DNA of 64,000 nucleotides from Thiobacillus sp. (GTDB taxonomy: Bacteria; Pseudomonadota; Gammaproteobacteria; Burkholderiales; Thiobacillaceae): NCBI GenBank assembly GCA_035530575.1, contig DATKUP010000170.1, positions 72,440 to 136,439 on the forward strand, read 5' to 3'. Position 1 is the first letter of the stretch. Every line of letters begins with the position of its first letter. Below are positions 20,769 through 29,673 of this stretch, one piece after another. Position numbers and translations under genes: made by a program. The notes under the pieces were generated by a model. It was not told the origin of the DNA. It did not search any database and saw nothing but the letters and a program-made list of their open reading frames with translations.

Positions 20769-21107
20769 TTAACGCGGCAGGCTGAGCGCATTGCCCGAAC
20801 GCGCCCATGCCATGATGCCGCCCGCCAGATTATGCATGTTGCCATACCCCCTGGAGGCCATGAATGCACACGCCTGCGCCGAGCGCGCACCGGAGCGGCA
20901 GTAGATCACTACGGGCGTGTCCTGGGGAATGTCGGCCGCGCGCAACGGCAGCAAGTGCAGCGGGATGTGAATAGCGCCATCGATCACGCCCTGCGCGACC
21001 TCGGCTGCGGTGCGCACATCAATCAGGTGCGCCCCCTTGGTGGCGATTTCCGCGACGTAGCCGGGATCGACTTCCTTGAAACCTGACAGTCCAAACATGG
21101 TGATCAC
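20769..21107 (-). CDS. single-domain rhodanese (thiosulfate sulfurtransferase-like)
   Basis: 112 aa with active-site loop CRSGARS. Start is GTG 21107 or ATG 21098. Confidence 0.85.
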   Translation of the reverse strand: MITMFGLSGFKEVDPGYVAEIATKGAHLIDVRTAAEVAQGVIDGAIHIPLHLLPLRAADIPQDTPVVIYCRSGARSAQACAFMASRGYGNMHNLAGGIMAWARSGNALSLPR

Positions 21108-21124
21108 TCTTCTGCAATTTAATA

Positions 21125-21140
21125 ATTAGCATTTGCTAAT
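21125..21140. promoter_or_regulatory. perfect 7-2-7 palindrome ATTAGCA-TT-TGCTAAT upstream of the rhd-tusA-dsrE operon (candidate operator)
   Basis: Seen directly in the sequence. On the coding (minus) strand it abuts or overlaps a TATATT -10-like hexamer, 18-42 nt upstream of the possible starts. Confidence 0.5.
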
Positions 21141-21183
21141 ATACCCTGAAGCGGCGAACAAGCCAACCGCGAGGACGCGGTGT

Positions 21184-22122
21184 TCAGCAGCGCTGGGCGC
21201 CGTGATACAGGTTGACCACGTGACGCGCTTCGGCGAAAAACAGCCAGCGCTCGACTGCGGCGCCGGCAAGGCCCGCTACGACGGCGATGATGGCGGGGGC
21301 TTGGCCGCCCTGCTGGTTGAACACCCATACCAGCATCAGGCCGGGCAGCGCAAAGCCCACCACGAAGACGATGACCTTGAACAGCCCGGCTTGCTGCCGG
21401 GCGATCTGGAAACCAAATTCCTGAGTCAGGAAGGTGCCATGGGTATGGCCGGTGTCCAGCAGCTTGACCTTGGCGCGGGTGAGTCCTGTGGCAGTGTTGA
21501 TGGTGGGTGTGAGGCCTGGGCTGCGAATCCAGAAGTAGTAAATGGCTTTCAGCACGGCGGCAATCGAGATGATCAGCGCCGACATCGCGATGAACGGCGT
21601 GGTGTCGAGACCGGCGACGACGGCGCCCAGCAACAACAGCAAGCTGCCACTGGCATAACCCAGCGCCAGGTAGTTGGCCGGCACCAGCGGGGTGTTCCAC
21701 TGGCGGATGGTTTTCAGGCAGGCGTAGATCATGCCGGTGGAAAACAGCGTGATCCAGGCCAGCACGGCGGTCAGGAAGCCGAAGGTTCCACGCAGCCACA
21801 ACGGTGCGTCGAACATGATGCTGGCAAGGTAGATCAGCGCCAGCGGCATGAACACCACGGCAAACACGCCCTCGCGCGACAGCCACGAGGTGCGGAAACG
21901 GTTGAAGGCGCGCCAGGCGTTTTTGGGGTTGGCGAGGTGGAAGGCGGAGGCCAGCAGGCCGAACACGACCAGCCCCATCGCGATGAGGCCGCCCGCAACG
22001 AGCTGACCCTGGCTGAAACCGCCGCCAAGCTTGAACATGTCAGCCAGGAACAGTAGCGAAAATAGCCCGAAGCCGGCGCCCGACGCCACGGTGAAAAAAA
22101 TAACTGAAAATGCTGGATGCAT
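21184..22122 (-). CDS. soeC: sulfite dehydrogenase (quinone) membrane anchor SoeC (NrfD/PsrC/DmsC-like)
   Basis: 312-aa polytopic protein (about 8 TM), third gene after the SoeA-like and SoeB-like genes. Confidence 0.75.
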   Translation of the reverse strand: MHPAFSVIFFTVASGAGFGLFSLLFLADMFKLGGGFSQGQLVAGGLIAMGLVVFGLLASAFHLANPKNAWRAFNRFRTSWLSREGVFAVVFMPLALIYLASIMFDAPLWLRGTFGFLTAVLAWITLFSTGMIYACLKTIRQWNTPLVPANYLALGYASGSLLLLLGAVVAGLDTTPFIAMSALIISIAAVLKAIYYFWIRSPGLTPTINTATGLTRAKVKLLDTGHTHGTFLTQEFGFQIARQQAGLFKVIVFVVGFALPGLMLVWVFNQQGGQAPAIIAVVAGLAGAAVERWLFFAEARHVVNLYHGAQRC

Positions 22123-22278
22123 ATTGATTTCCTTGTTAAGCAGTATGCGGCGTTTCGGTGCCGATCAAGCTTCAGATTGGTCGAGCCGAAATGCGCCGGA
22201 CCTGGCCGGTTTCGCGGGCTTTCTGGATTATTTCGTGCTGCTTGCAGCGAAAGTCAGGCTTGAGCGGCACCTCAAAAA

Positions 22279-22974
22279 TCAGCGGCGCACCAGTTTGTTG
22301 GCGAACTGCTTGATGCTTGCCTTCAGGCCGCCCTTCGGCTTGGTGTCGACCGGAATCACCGGCTTCCGGCGCGACGGCAGGTACTGGTTGGTCGGGTTGT
22401 AGTTGAGCTCGGGCATCAGCGGGTAGCCGCCGCGCTCGCGCACGGTGCGCGACACCGCCGAGTCGGGATCGTCGAAGTCGCCGAACATGCGCGCATGCGC
22501 CGGGCAGGTCAGCACGCACGCGGGTTGGCGCTCCTCGACCGGCAGTTCCTGGTCGTAGATGCGGTCGACGCACAGGGTGCACTTCTTCATCGTGCCGGTG
22601 TAACGGTCGAGTTCGCGCGCGCCGTACGGGCAGGCCCACGAGCAGTAGTTGCAGCCCATGCACTTGTCCTGGTCGATCAGAACGATGCCGTCTTCGGGGC
22701 GCTTGTACGAAGCGCCGGTCGGACACACGGTGACGCAGTCGGCATCCTCGCAGTGCATGCACGACATCGGGAAGTTGACCGTCTTGTTGTTGGGGTATTC
22801 GTCCATCTCATAATGGCGAATCCGGTTGAACCACACGCCGGACGGCTCGGCGCCGTAGGGCTGGTAGTCGGACAAGGGGCCGATGGTGCCGGAAGCGTTC
22901 CATTCCTTGCAGGCGATGGCGCAGGCATGGCAGCCTACGCATACGTCGAGGTCGATGACCAGTCCTAGTCTCAT
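22279..22974 (-). CDS. soeB: sulfite dehydrogenase iron-sulfur subunit SoeB (4x[4Fe-4S] ferredoxin, DmsB-like)
   Basis: 231 aa. Cys clusters CVGCHACAIAC, CMHCEDADCVTVCP, CMGCNYCSWACP, CTLCVDR...CVLTCP. Confidence 0.8.
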   Translation of the reverse strand: MRLGLVIDLDVCVGCHACAIACKEWNASGTIGPLSDYQPYGAEPSGVWFNRIRHYEMDEYPNNKTVNFPMSCMHCEDADCVTVCPTGASYKRPEDGIVLIDQDKCMGCNYCSWACPYGARELDRYTGTMKKCTLCVDRIYDQELPVEERQPACVLTCPAHARMFGDFDDPDSAVSRTVRERGGYPLMPELNYNPTNQYLPSRRKPVIPVDTKPKGGLKASIKQFANKLVRR

Positions 22975-23017
22975 TCTGTGCTCGCTTTATTTATCCAGAT
23001 GCGCTTGGTTCTGCTGC

Positions 23018-25894
23018 TCAGTCTTTTTCGTGGCTGCGCGCGTCGTAGCGCAGCACATCGGGACGCTCGTAGCGCTCGTCGCCGGGCAGCGGCTTGAGCG
23101 TGTCGAACTGCGGCCACGAACCGGTTTCGCCCGCTGCAGCTTTCCAGATTTTCACGCGCAGATCGAACCATGCGGCCTGGCCGGTCACCGGGTCGGAGTT
23201 GGTGACACGGCGCTCGCCTGCCTTTTCCGGTAAAAGCTCTGAAATCAAATGATTCAGCAGGAAGCCTTTTGTCGCCTCCGATGCGTTTTCCTTCAGACCC
23301 CAGGCACCCTTCTGCTTGCCGATGGCGTTCCAGGTCCAGACAGTGTCTGTCTGGGTACCTTCCATGGTCCTGGCCTGACAGCGGATCTTGCCGTTGTGCG
23401 ACTCGACCCAGATCCAGTCAAAGTCCTTGATGCCCATTTCGGCTGCGCGGCGCGCATTCATGTACATGTAGTTCTGCGCCATGAGCTGGCGCAGCCACAC
23501 GTTCTGCGAATCCCATGAGTGGTACATGAACATGGGACGCTGGGTCAGTGCGAAAAACGGGTATTCGTCCTTGTCGACGCGCTGCTGCTCCAGCGGCTCG
23601 TACCACATCGGCAGCGGGTCGAAGTATTTCACCAGGCGCTCGCGGTCGACCGGGTTGTTGGGCTGCGGGCCGTCGTACAGGCCCTGCCCCGCCAGGCGGA
23701 ATTTCTGCAGCGGCTCGGAATAGAACTGCATGATGATGGGCTCGACCTTGCCGACGAAGCCGGCGTCCGCCGCCACGTCGAGGTAATCCTTGTTGGCAAA
23801 GCGCATGTATTTCTGGTTGTCGGGCCAATGGTGGGCGAAGAAGCTCTGGTTCTCGATGTATTTTTCCCACTGCCTGGGGTTGGGCTCACCCTTCAGCGAC
23901 TTGTCGCCGTCCTTGCCGCGCCAGCCGGCAAGAAAGCCCACGCCCGGCGAACGCTCGTAGTTGACGATGAAATCCTGGTAGCCGCTGAATTTGCGCGTGC
24001 CGTCGGGGCGGGTAAAGGCCGGGAATTTCAGGCGCCCCGCCAGTTCGACCATGACTTCCTGCCACGGCCGTACGTCGCGGTTTGGCTTGAGCAACGGGTA
24101 GCGGATGGCGTCGGCCGCCGCATCCGGCTCGGAAATCGGCCGATCGAGCAGCGAGATGGTGTCGTGGCGTTCGAGGTACGTAGTGTCCGGCAGGATCAGG
24201 TCGGCGAAATTGGTCATCTCCGAATGGAAAGCGTCGATTACTACCAGGAACGGAATCTTGTGTTCGCCGAAGTTCTCCGGGTCCTTGGCGCGCAGCATGT
24301 CCTGCACATTGGCCGTGTTCATGGTCGAGTTCCACGCCATGTTGGACATGAACAACATCAGCGTGTCGAGCGCATACGGGTCGTGGTTGGTCGCATTGGT
24401 GATCACCATGTGCATCAGGCCGTGCGAGGCGATCGGCACTTCCCATGAATACGCCTTGTCGATACGTAGCGGGTTACCGAACTCGTCGATCACCAGGTCT
24501 TCCGGACGCGTCGGGAAGCCGAGCGGCGGGCGCGACAGCGGCGTATTCGGCGCGTTGATGATGTCGATGTTATTTTCCGGCAGCTGGTGCGGCGGGATCG
24601 GTTTCGGATACGGCGCGCGGGCGCGGAAGTTGCCCGGTGCGTCGAGCGCGCCCAGCAGCATCTGGATCATGTGGATCGCGCGGCAGGAATGAAAGCCGTT
24701 GGAGTGCGCCGCGATGCCGCGCATCGCATACATCGCCACCGGGCGGCCCACGACCTTGTCGTGCTTGCGGCCCCACACGTCGGTCCACTCGATCGGCAGT
24801 TCGACCGTCTCCTTGAACGCGATGTGCGCCATTTCCAGCGCGATGCGCTCGATGGTCTCGGCCGGCAGGCCGCATTCCAGCGCCACGTTTTCGGGGGCGT
24901 AGCGTTCGTCGAGATAGCGCTCGACCATCAGCGACATCACGGTCTTGACGCGGTGGCCGTCGGGCGCCACGAATTCGCCGAACAGCGCCGGGGCGATGTC
25001 GCCGTCGATGCCGTTCCTGAAGGCTTCCCTCTCGATATCCCAGATCAGCGGCTGATTTTTTTCATCACGCAGGAACAGACCGTCGCCCTTCTGCCCCGGA
25101 CTCTGCACCACCAGCCACGACGCATTGGTGTAGCGCACCAGGAATTCGTAGTCGAACTGCTCATGCTTCAGCAGCACGTGCACCATCGACATGGCGAGCA
25201 GGCCGTCCATGCCCGGCTTGATCGGCAGCCACTCGTCGGCAATCGCCGAATAGCCGGTGCGCACCGGGTTGACGGTGACGAACTTGCCGCCGCGGCGCTT
25301 GAGCTTTTCCAGGCCGATCTTGATCGGGTTAGACGAGTGGTCTTCCGCCACCCCCCACATCAGGAAATACTTGGCGTAGTCCCAGTCGGGTGCGCCGAAC
25401 TCCCAGAACGAGAAGCCGATGGAATAGAGACCGGCCGCCGCCATGTTGACGGAACAGAAACCGCCGTGCGCCGACCAGTTGGGGGTACCGAACTGCTGCG
25501 CCCACAGGCCGGTCAGTGCCTGCATCTGGTCGCGCCCGGTAAAAAACCCCAGCTTGGAAGGGTCGGTGGCCCGGATATCCCCCAGTCGCGCGGTCAGGAG
25601 ATCGAGCGCCTGATCCCAGGAAATCGGTTCGTAAATGCCCTCGCCGCGCTCGGTGCCCGGCTTGCGCATCAGCGGCTGGGTCAGCTTGGCGGTGGAATAC
25701 TGCTTCATGATTCCCGCCGAGCCCTTGGCGCACAGCACGCCCTGGTTGATGGGATGGTTGCGATTTCCCTGGATGAAGCGGATCTTGTTGTCCTCCAGCG
25801 TCACCTTGATGCCGCAACGGCACGCACACATATAGCATGTGCTGTACTTGATTTCCTGCGCGTCGTGATTTTCGAGCTTGATCTTGGCGTTCAT
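23018..25894 (-). CDS. soeA: sulfite dehydrogenase molybdopterin subunit SoeA (cytoplasm-facing Mo-bisPGD enzyme)
   Basis: 958 aa with no Tat leader. N-terminal C-x2-C-x3-C-x27-C (CYMCACRC...27 aa...C), as I recall for Allochromatium SoeA. Followed by the FeS and NrfD-like subunits. Confidence 0.75.
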   Translation of the reverse strand: MNAKIKLENHDAQEIKYSTCYMCACRCGIKVTLEDNKIRFIQGNRNHPINQGVLCAKGSAGIMKQYSTAKLTQPLMRKPGTERGEGIYEPISWDQALDLLTARLGDIRATDPSKLGFFTGRDQMQALTGLWAQQFGTPNWSAHGGFCSVNMAAAGLYSIGFSFWEFGAPDWDYAKYFLMWGVAEDHSSNPIKIGLEKLKRRGGKFVTVNPVRTGYSAIADEWLPIKPGMDGLLAMSMVHVLLKHEQFDYEFLVRYTNASWLVVQSPGQKGDGLFLRDEKNQPLIWDIEREAFRNGIDGDIAPALFGEFVAPDGHRVKTVMSLMVERYLDERYAPENVALECGLPAETIERIALEMAHIAFKETVELPIEWTDVWGRKHDKVVGRPVAMYAMRGIAAHSNGFHSCRAIHMIQMLLGALDAPGNFRARAPYPKPIPPHQLPENNIDIINAPNTPLSRPPLGFPTRPEDLVIDEFGNPLRIDKAYSWEVPIASHGLMHMVITNATNHDPYALDTLMLFMSNMAWNSTMNTANVQDMLRAKDPENFGEHKIPFLVVIDAFHSEMTNFADLILPDTTYLERHDTISLLDRPISEPDAAADAIRYPLLKPNRDVRPWQEVMVELAGRLKFPAFTRPDGTRKFSGYQDFIVNYERSPGVGFLAGWRGKDGDKSLKGEPNPRQWEKYIENQSFFAHHWPDNQKYMRFANKDYLDVAADAGFVGKVEPIIMQFYSEPLQKFRLAGQGLYDGPQPNNPVDRERLVKYFDPLPMWYEPLEQQRVDKDEYPFFALTQRPMFMYHSWDSQNVWLRQLMAQNYMYMNARRAAEMGIKDFDWIWVESHNGKIRCQARTMEGTQTDTVWTWNAIGKQKGAWGLKENASEATKGFLLNHLISELLPEKAGERRVTNSDPVTGQAAWFDLRVKIWKAAAGETGSWPQFDTLKPLPGDERYERPDVLRYDARSHEKD

Positions 25895-25947
25895 GCGGCC
25901 TCTAATAATTCAAAACGATCCGCGGCGGCTCCGCGAGGAGGCCGCAT
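25893..25947 (-). promoter_or_regulatory. 5'-leader stem-loop that pairs the soeA Shine-Dalgarno-like GAGG and AUG
   Basis: Perfect 10-bp inverted repeat atgcggcctc (25893-25902) / gaggccgcat (25938-25947) with an inner 5-bp stem cgcgg/ccgcg. The soeA start codon is 25894-25892. Confidence 0.5.
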
Positions 25948-26173
25948 TTTTCTGCCCGGATACTGGAATGACCGTCTGCAGCGTCGGTGCATCGCCTGCT
26001 GCGGGAACAGCCATATATTAATAAATACGAATATAGCGTTATTTAGCAGTTCAGACCGCCCGCATGGCAAGAAAAATGGCTGATGCCCCCATAAGCCAGT
26101 CCGGCAATAAGTCTTATATTTCCAAGGGTTATACGACCGGACTGGCATCACTTCGCCATAAAACCAGACATTT

Positions 26174-26653
26174 CTAAGGATTCAAGCGCCAGTGGCCGGA
26201 GCGTCCGCCCTGCTTTTCCAGCAGCCGGATATCGGACATCACCATGCCGCGATCGACCGCCTTGCACATGTCGTAGATCGTCAGCAGCGCCACACCGACG
26301 CCGGTCAAGGCTTCCATTTCCACGCCGGTCTTGCCGACAGTCTCGGCAGTCACGGTGCAGGTAATCGACGATTCGGATGCATCATGGCTAAATTCCACAC
26401 TCACCTTCGTCAGCGCAATCGGGTGGCACAGCGGAATCAGTTCGGCGGTGCGCTTGGTTGCCTGGATCGCCGCAATGCGTGCGATGCCCAGCACATCCCC
26501 CTTGGCCGCCTGGCCGTCGAGAATGCGCGCCAGCGTATCGGGTAACATACCAATGCGGCCCATCGCCACGGCAACGCGCCGGGTATCGTCCTTGCCGGCC
26601 ACGTCGACCATGACCGCACGGCCGCGCTTATCAAAGTGGGTGAATTCGCTCAT
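26174..26653 (-). CDS. moaC: cyclic pyranopterin monophosphate synthase MoaC
   Basis: 159-aa [27 protein letters not shown]..., MoaC-like over its full length. Confidence 0.92.
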   Translation of the reverse strand: MSEFTHFDKRGRAVMVDVAGKDDTRRVAVAMGRIGMLPDTLARILDGQAAKGDVLGIARIAAIQATKRTAELIPLCHPIALTKVSVEFSHDASESSITCTVTAETVGKTGVEMEALTGVGVALLTIYDMCKAVDRGMVMSDIRLLEKQGGRSGHWRLNP

Positions 26654-26724
26654 ATTGGGAACCTTGCTGAGAATCTCCGAATCCTAAACCAAATGTTGTT
26701 ACTCGCCACCACACTTATCCGCTG

Positions 26725-28143
26725 ATGCTGCGCACCCTGCTCGCACTCGCTTTGGCCATCCAGCCGGTGATGGCCGCCGACCTGCCCGATCTGGGCGAGG
26801 TGTCGCGGCAATACTTTTCCGACCAGGAAGAGCAGACGATGGGACGGGCCATCATGCGCGACGTCTATGCCGATCCGGGCTATCTGGACGACCCCGAAAT
26901 CGAAACCTATCTCAACCAGCTCGGCTACAAGCTGGTCTCGGTCAGCACGCGCAACCAGCGCGAATTCAATTTCTTCGTCGTCAACGATCCCAGCATCAAC
27001 GCCTTCGCCATGCCGGGCGGCAACATCGGCGTGCATACCGGTCTGCTGCTTTCCGCACAAAGCGAATCCGAGCTGGCAAGCGTGGTGGCCCACGAAATTG
27101 CCCACGTCACCCAGGATCACATCGCGCGCATGGTCGCCTCGCAAAGCCAGAGCTATTGGCCGACCATGGCCGCACTGGCGCTGGCGCTGCTGGCTGCGCG
27201 CTCCAACCCCAATGTGGCCGGCGCGGCGATTGCCTCCACCCAGGCGTATTCGATCCAGAACCAGCTCAACTACAGCCGCGACTACGAGCGCGAGGCCGAT
27301 CGCCTGGGCTACGAAATGCTGACCCGCGGCGGCTACGACCCACGCGGCATGAGCGAATTTTTCAACCGCCTGCAGCGCGCCAACCGGTTCTATGACAGCA
27401 GCGCCCCGGCCTATCTGCGCACCCATCCGCTCACCAGCGACCGCATCGCCGATATGCAGGCGCGCAGCGAGGACGCGCCGTATCAACAGGTGGAGAACAG
27501 CCTGGATTTCCATCTGGTGCGTGCCCGCCTGCGCGCGCAGGAAGACAGCCCGGCCGACGCCGTGCGCGCCGCGCGTAATGTTTTAAAGGAAAAGCGCTAC
27601 AGCAGCGAAACTGCCGCGCGCTATGGTCTTGCTACCGCGCTGATACGGGCGCGCCAGTTCAAGGAGGCCGAGGCCGAGGTGCAAAAGCTGCTGTCCGGCA
27701 AACCGGTCCACCCGATGATTCAGCTACTGGCCGCCCGCAGCGCGCTGGACGCCGGTCTTCACGGGCTCGCCCTGCAGCGCTACCAGGAAGGCAGCGAGGC
27801 CCATCCCGGCTACCGCCCCTTGCAATACGGCCATATCGGTGCGCTGCTGTCAGCCGGTCGCAGCAACGATGCGCTGACACAGGTCGACAAACAACTTGCA
27901 CTGTACCCACTCGACCGCCGCCTGTGGCGACTGGCCGCCCAGACCCACGCCCAGTTGGGACATCGCCTGCTCAGCCATCGCGCCCAGGCAGAAGCCGCCG
28001 CATTGAGCGGAGATCTGATTGCCGCCATCGAGCTGATCAGTCTCGGCATCAAGGCGGGCGACGGCAGCTTTTACGAAATATCGGCGGCTGAATCGCGGCG
28101 ACGCGAATGGCAGGACGTCGAAAAATCGCAGCGCAAGAACTAG
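26725..28143 (+). CDS. periplasmic M48 metalloprotease with C-terminal TPR domain (BepA/YfgC-like)
   Basis: Signal peptide, HEIAH zinc motif (VVAHEIAHVTQ), TPR-like C-terminal half. Confidence 0.8.
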   Translation: MLRTLLALALAIQPVMAADLPDLGEVSRQYFSDQEEQTMGRAIMRDVYADPGYLDDPEIETYLNQLGYKLVSVSTRNQREFNFFVVNDPSINAFAMPGGNIGVHTGLLLSAQSESELASVVAHEIAHVTQDHIARMVASQSQSYWPTMAALALALLAARSNPNVAGAAIASTQAYSIQNQLNYSRDYEREADRLGYEMLTRGGYDPRGMSEFFNRLQRANRFYDSSAPAYLRTHPLTSDRIADMQARSEDAPYQQVENSLDFHLVRARLRAQEDSPADAVRAARNVLKEKRYSSETAARYGLATALIRARQFKEAEAEVQKLLSGKPVHPMIQLLAARSALDAGLHGLALQRYQEGSEAHPGYRPLQYGHIGALLSAGRSNDALTQVDKQLALYPLDRRLWRLAAQTHAQLGHRLLSHRAQAEAAALSGDLIAAIELISLGIKAGDGSFYEISAAESRRREWQDVEKSQRKN

Positions 28144-28348
28144 CTTGCAGGCGCACAACCCCATACAGGGGAAGGCTGGTAGGAATTTACCCTGCGTTTT
28201 AGACGTAAAAAACGGCGCATGGCCTTGCGTCGTAAAAACCAATTCCACTATGCTTCGTCACATCCATCGTTATTGGATAGCGTTCGCGCATGGCGTCCCC
28301 AAGCGGCAAGCGCTTTCGTCACTACGTAAAAATATTAGGAGGATGACT

Positions 28349-28738
28349 ATGCGAAAGTTGCATCAAGTAGCAGCGGCCTGTGCGATCGGCGCCATCATGC
28401 TGTCGGGCAATGTGCTGGCACAGGCTACGGCAACCCCATCTGGAGCAGCCGCCCCCAAAAAGGAAGTGACCGGCAAAGATCTGGCGTTCGACCGTAGAAA
28501 AGGCAACTGCCTGGCGTGCCACGCCATGCCCACCCTGCCCGATGCCGAATCACCCGGCCAGTACGGTCCGCCGCTGATCGCCATGAGCGCGCGCTTCCCC
28601 GACAAGGCCAGGATGCGCGCCCAGATCTGGGACGCAACCACGTTCAACTCCGCCTCCTCGATGATTCCGTTCGGCAAGCACGGCGTGTTGACGGAAGCGG
28701 AAATCGATAAAGTGGCCGACTTCGTGTACGGTCTGTAA
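28349..28738 (+). CDS. soxX: sulfur-oxidation c-type cytochrome SoxX
   Basis: Signal peptide MRKLHQVAAACAIGAIMLSGNVLAQA and heme motif CLACH. AGGAGG lies upstream of the ATG at 28349. Position ahead of soxYZAB. Confidence 0.85.
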   Translation: MRKLHQVAAACAIGAIMLSGNVLAQATATPSGAAAPKKEVTGKDLAFDRRKGNCLACHAMPTLPDAESPGQYGPPLIAMSARFPDKARMRAQIWDATTFNSASSMIPFGKHGVLTEAEIDKVADFVYGL

Positions 28739-28777
28739 TTACCAATACCCTTGCATAGTTCAATCAGGAGATAGTTC

Positions 28778-29245
28778 ATGAACGCACTTCGTAGAAACGT
28801 ACTGAAAGGCGCCGCAGGCGCGGGCGCCGTGGCGGTTGCCGTGGCCGCCGGCCTGCTGAAGCCGACCCAGGCGATGGCCGCCTGGAACAAGGCAGCTTTC
28901 GATGCCAAAAACGTCGGGGCCGCCCTCAATGGCATCGGCGTGGCCGACCCGGCAGACAGCAAGGACATCACCATCAAGGCGCCGGACATCGCCGAAAACG
29001 GCGCCGTGGTGCCGGTGGAAGTGACCAGCGACATCGCCGGCACCACCAGCATCGCCATCCTGGCCGAGAAGAACGCCTCGCCGCTGGTCAGCAACTTCAA
29101 CCTGTCGGGCGGCGCCCTGGGCTTCATTTCCACCCGCATCAAGATGGGCCAGACTTCGCTCGTCCGTGCCGTGGTCAAGGCAGGCGGCAAGTCCTACACC
29201 GCGGCCAAGGAAGTCAAAGTCACCATCGGCGGCTGCGGCGGCTGA
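28778..29245 (+). CDS. soxY: thiosulfate-oxidation carrier protein SoxY
   Basis: Tat-type leader (RRNVLKGAAGAGA...) and the diagnostic C-terminal GGCGG-COOH. Confidence 0.95.
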   Translation: MNALRRNVLKGAAGAGAVAVAVAAGLLKPTQAMAAWNKAAFDAKNVGAALNGIGVADPADSKDITIKAPDIAENGAVVPVEVTSDIAGTTSIAILAEKNASPLVSNFNLSGGALGFISTRIKMGQTSLVRAVVKAGGKSYTAAKEVKVTIGGCGG

Positions 29246-29289
29246 TCGCACCCCATCCCCATCATTCATATTCAGGAAAGGAAAGCCAA

Positions 29290-29604
29290 ATGGCTGAACC
29301 CATGCGTATCCGTGCCACCATGGCAGGCGACGTCGCCGACGTCAAAGTGCTGATGAACCACCCGATGGAAACCGGCCTGCGTAAAGACGCCAAGACCGGC
29401 CAGATGATCCCCGCCCACTTCATCACCGAAGTGATCGCCACCGTCAACGGCACCCCGGTGCTGGCTGCCGAAATGAGCGGCGGCATCTCCAAGAATCCCT
29501 ACCTGGGCTTCAAGGTCAAGGGCCCCAAGGCTGGCGACAAGGTCGCCGTCAGTTGGGCCGACAACAAGGGCGACAAGAACAGCGTCGAGGCCACCATCGG
29601 CTAG
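29290..29604 (+). CDS. soxZ: thiosulfate-oxidation carrier complex protein SoxZ
   Basis: 104 aa, immediately after soxY. SoxZ-like sequence (MAEPMRIRATMAGDVADVKVLMNHPMETG). Confidence 0.92.
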   Translation: MAEPMRIRATMAGDVADVKVLMNHPMETGLRKDAKTGQMIPAHFITEVIATVNGTPVLAAEMSGGISKNPYLGFKVKGPKAGDKVAVSWADNKGDKNSVEATIG

Positions 29605-29673
29605 GACGGGCAGTAACCGAGCGGGGCATCAGGCCCCGCTCCGCTTTCATTCATCGGGTTTCTGGAGGACGGC

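Noticed and set aside
25948-26173. Possible Moco riboswitch or other riboswitch between moaC and soeA.
   Set aside because: I could not recognise conserved Moco-motif helices by eye. Only the start-codon-sequestering hairpin is supported. A covariance-model scan (Rfam) is needed before any claim.
28203-28333. Three CGTAAAAA(A/C/T) motifs upstream of soxX.
   Set aside because: The motif is short and A-tract-like, with irregular spacing, so it could easily arise by chance in an AT-rich promoter region.
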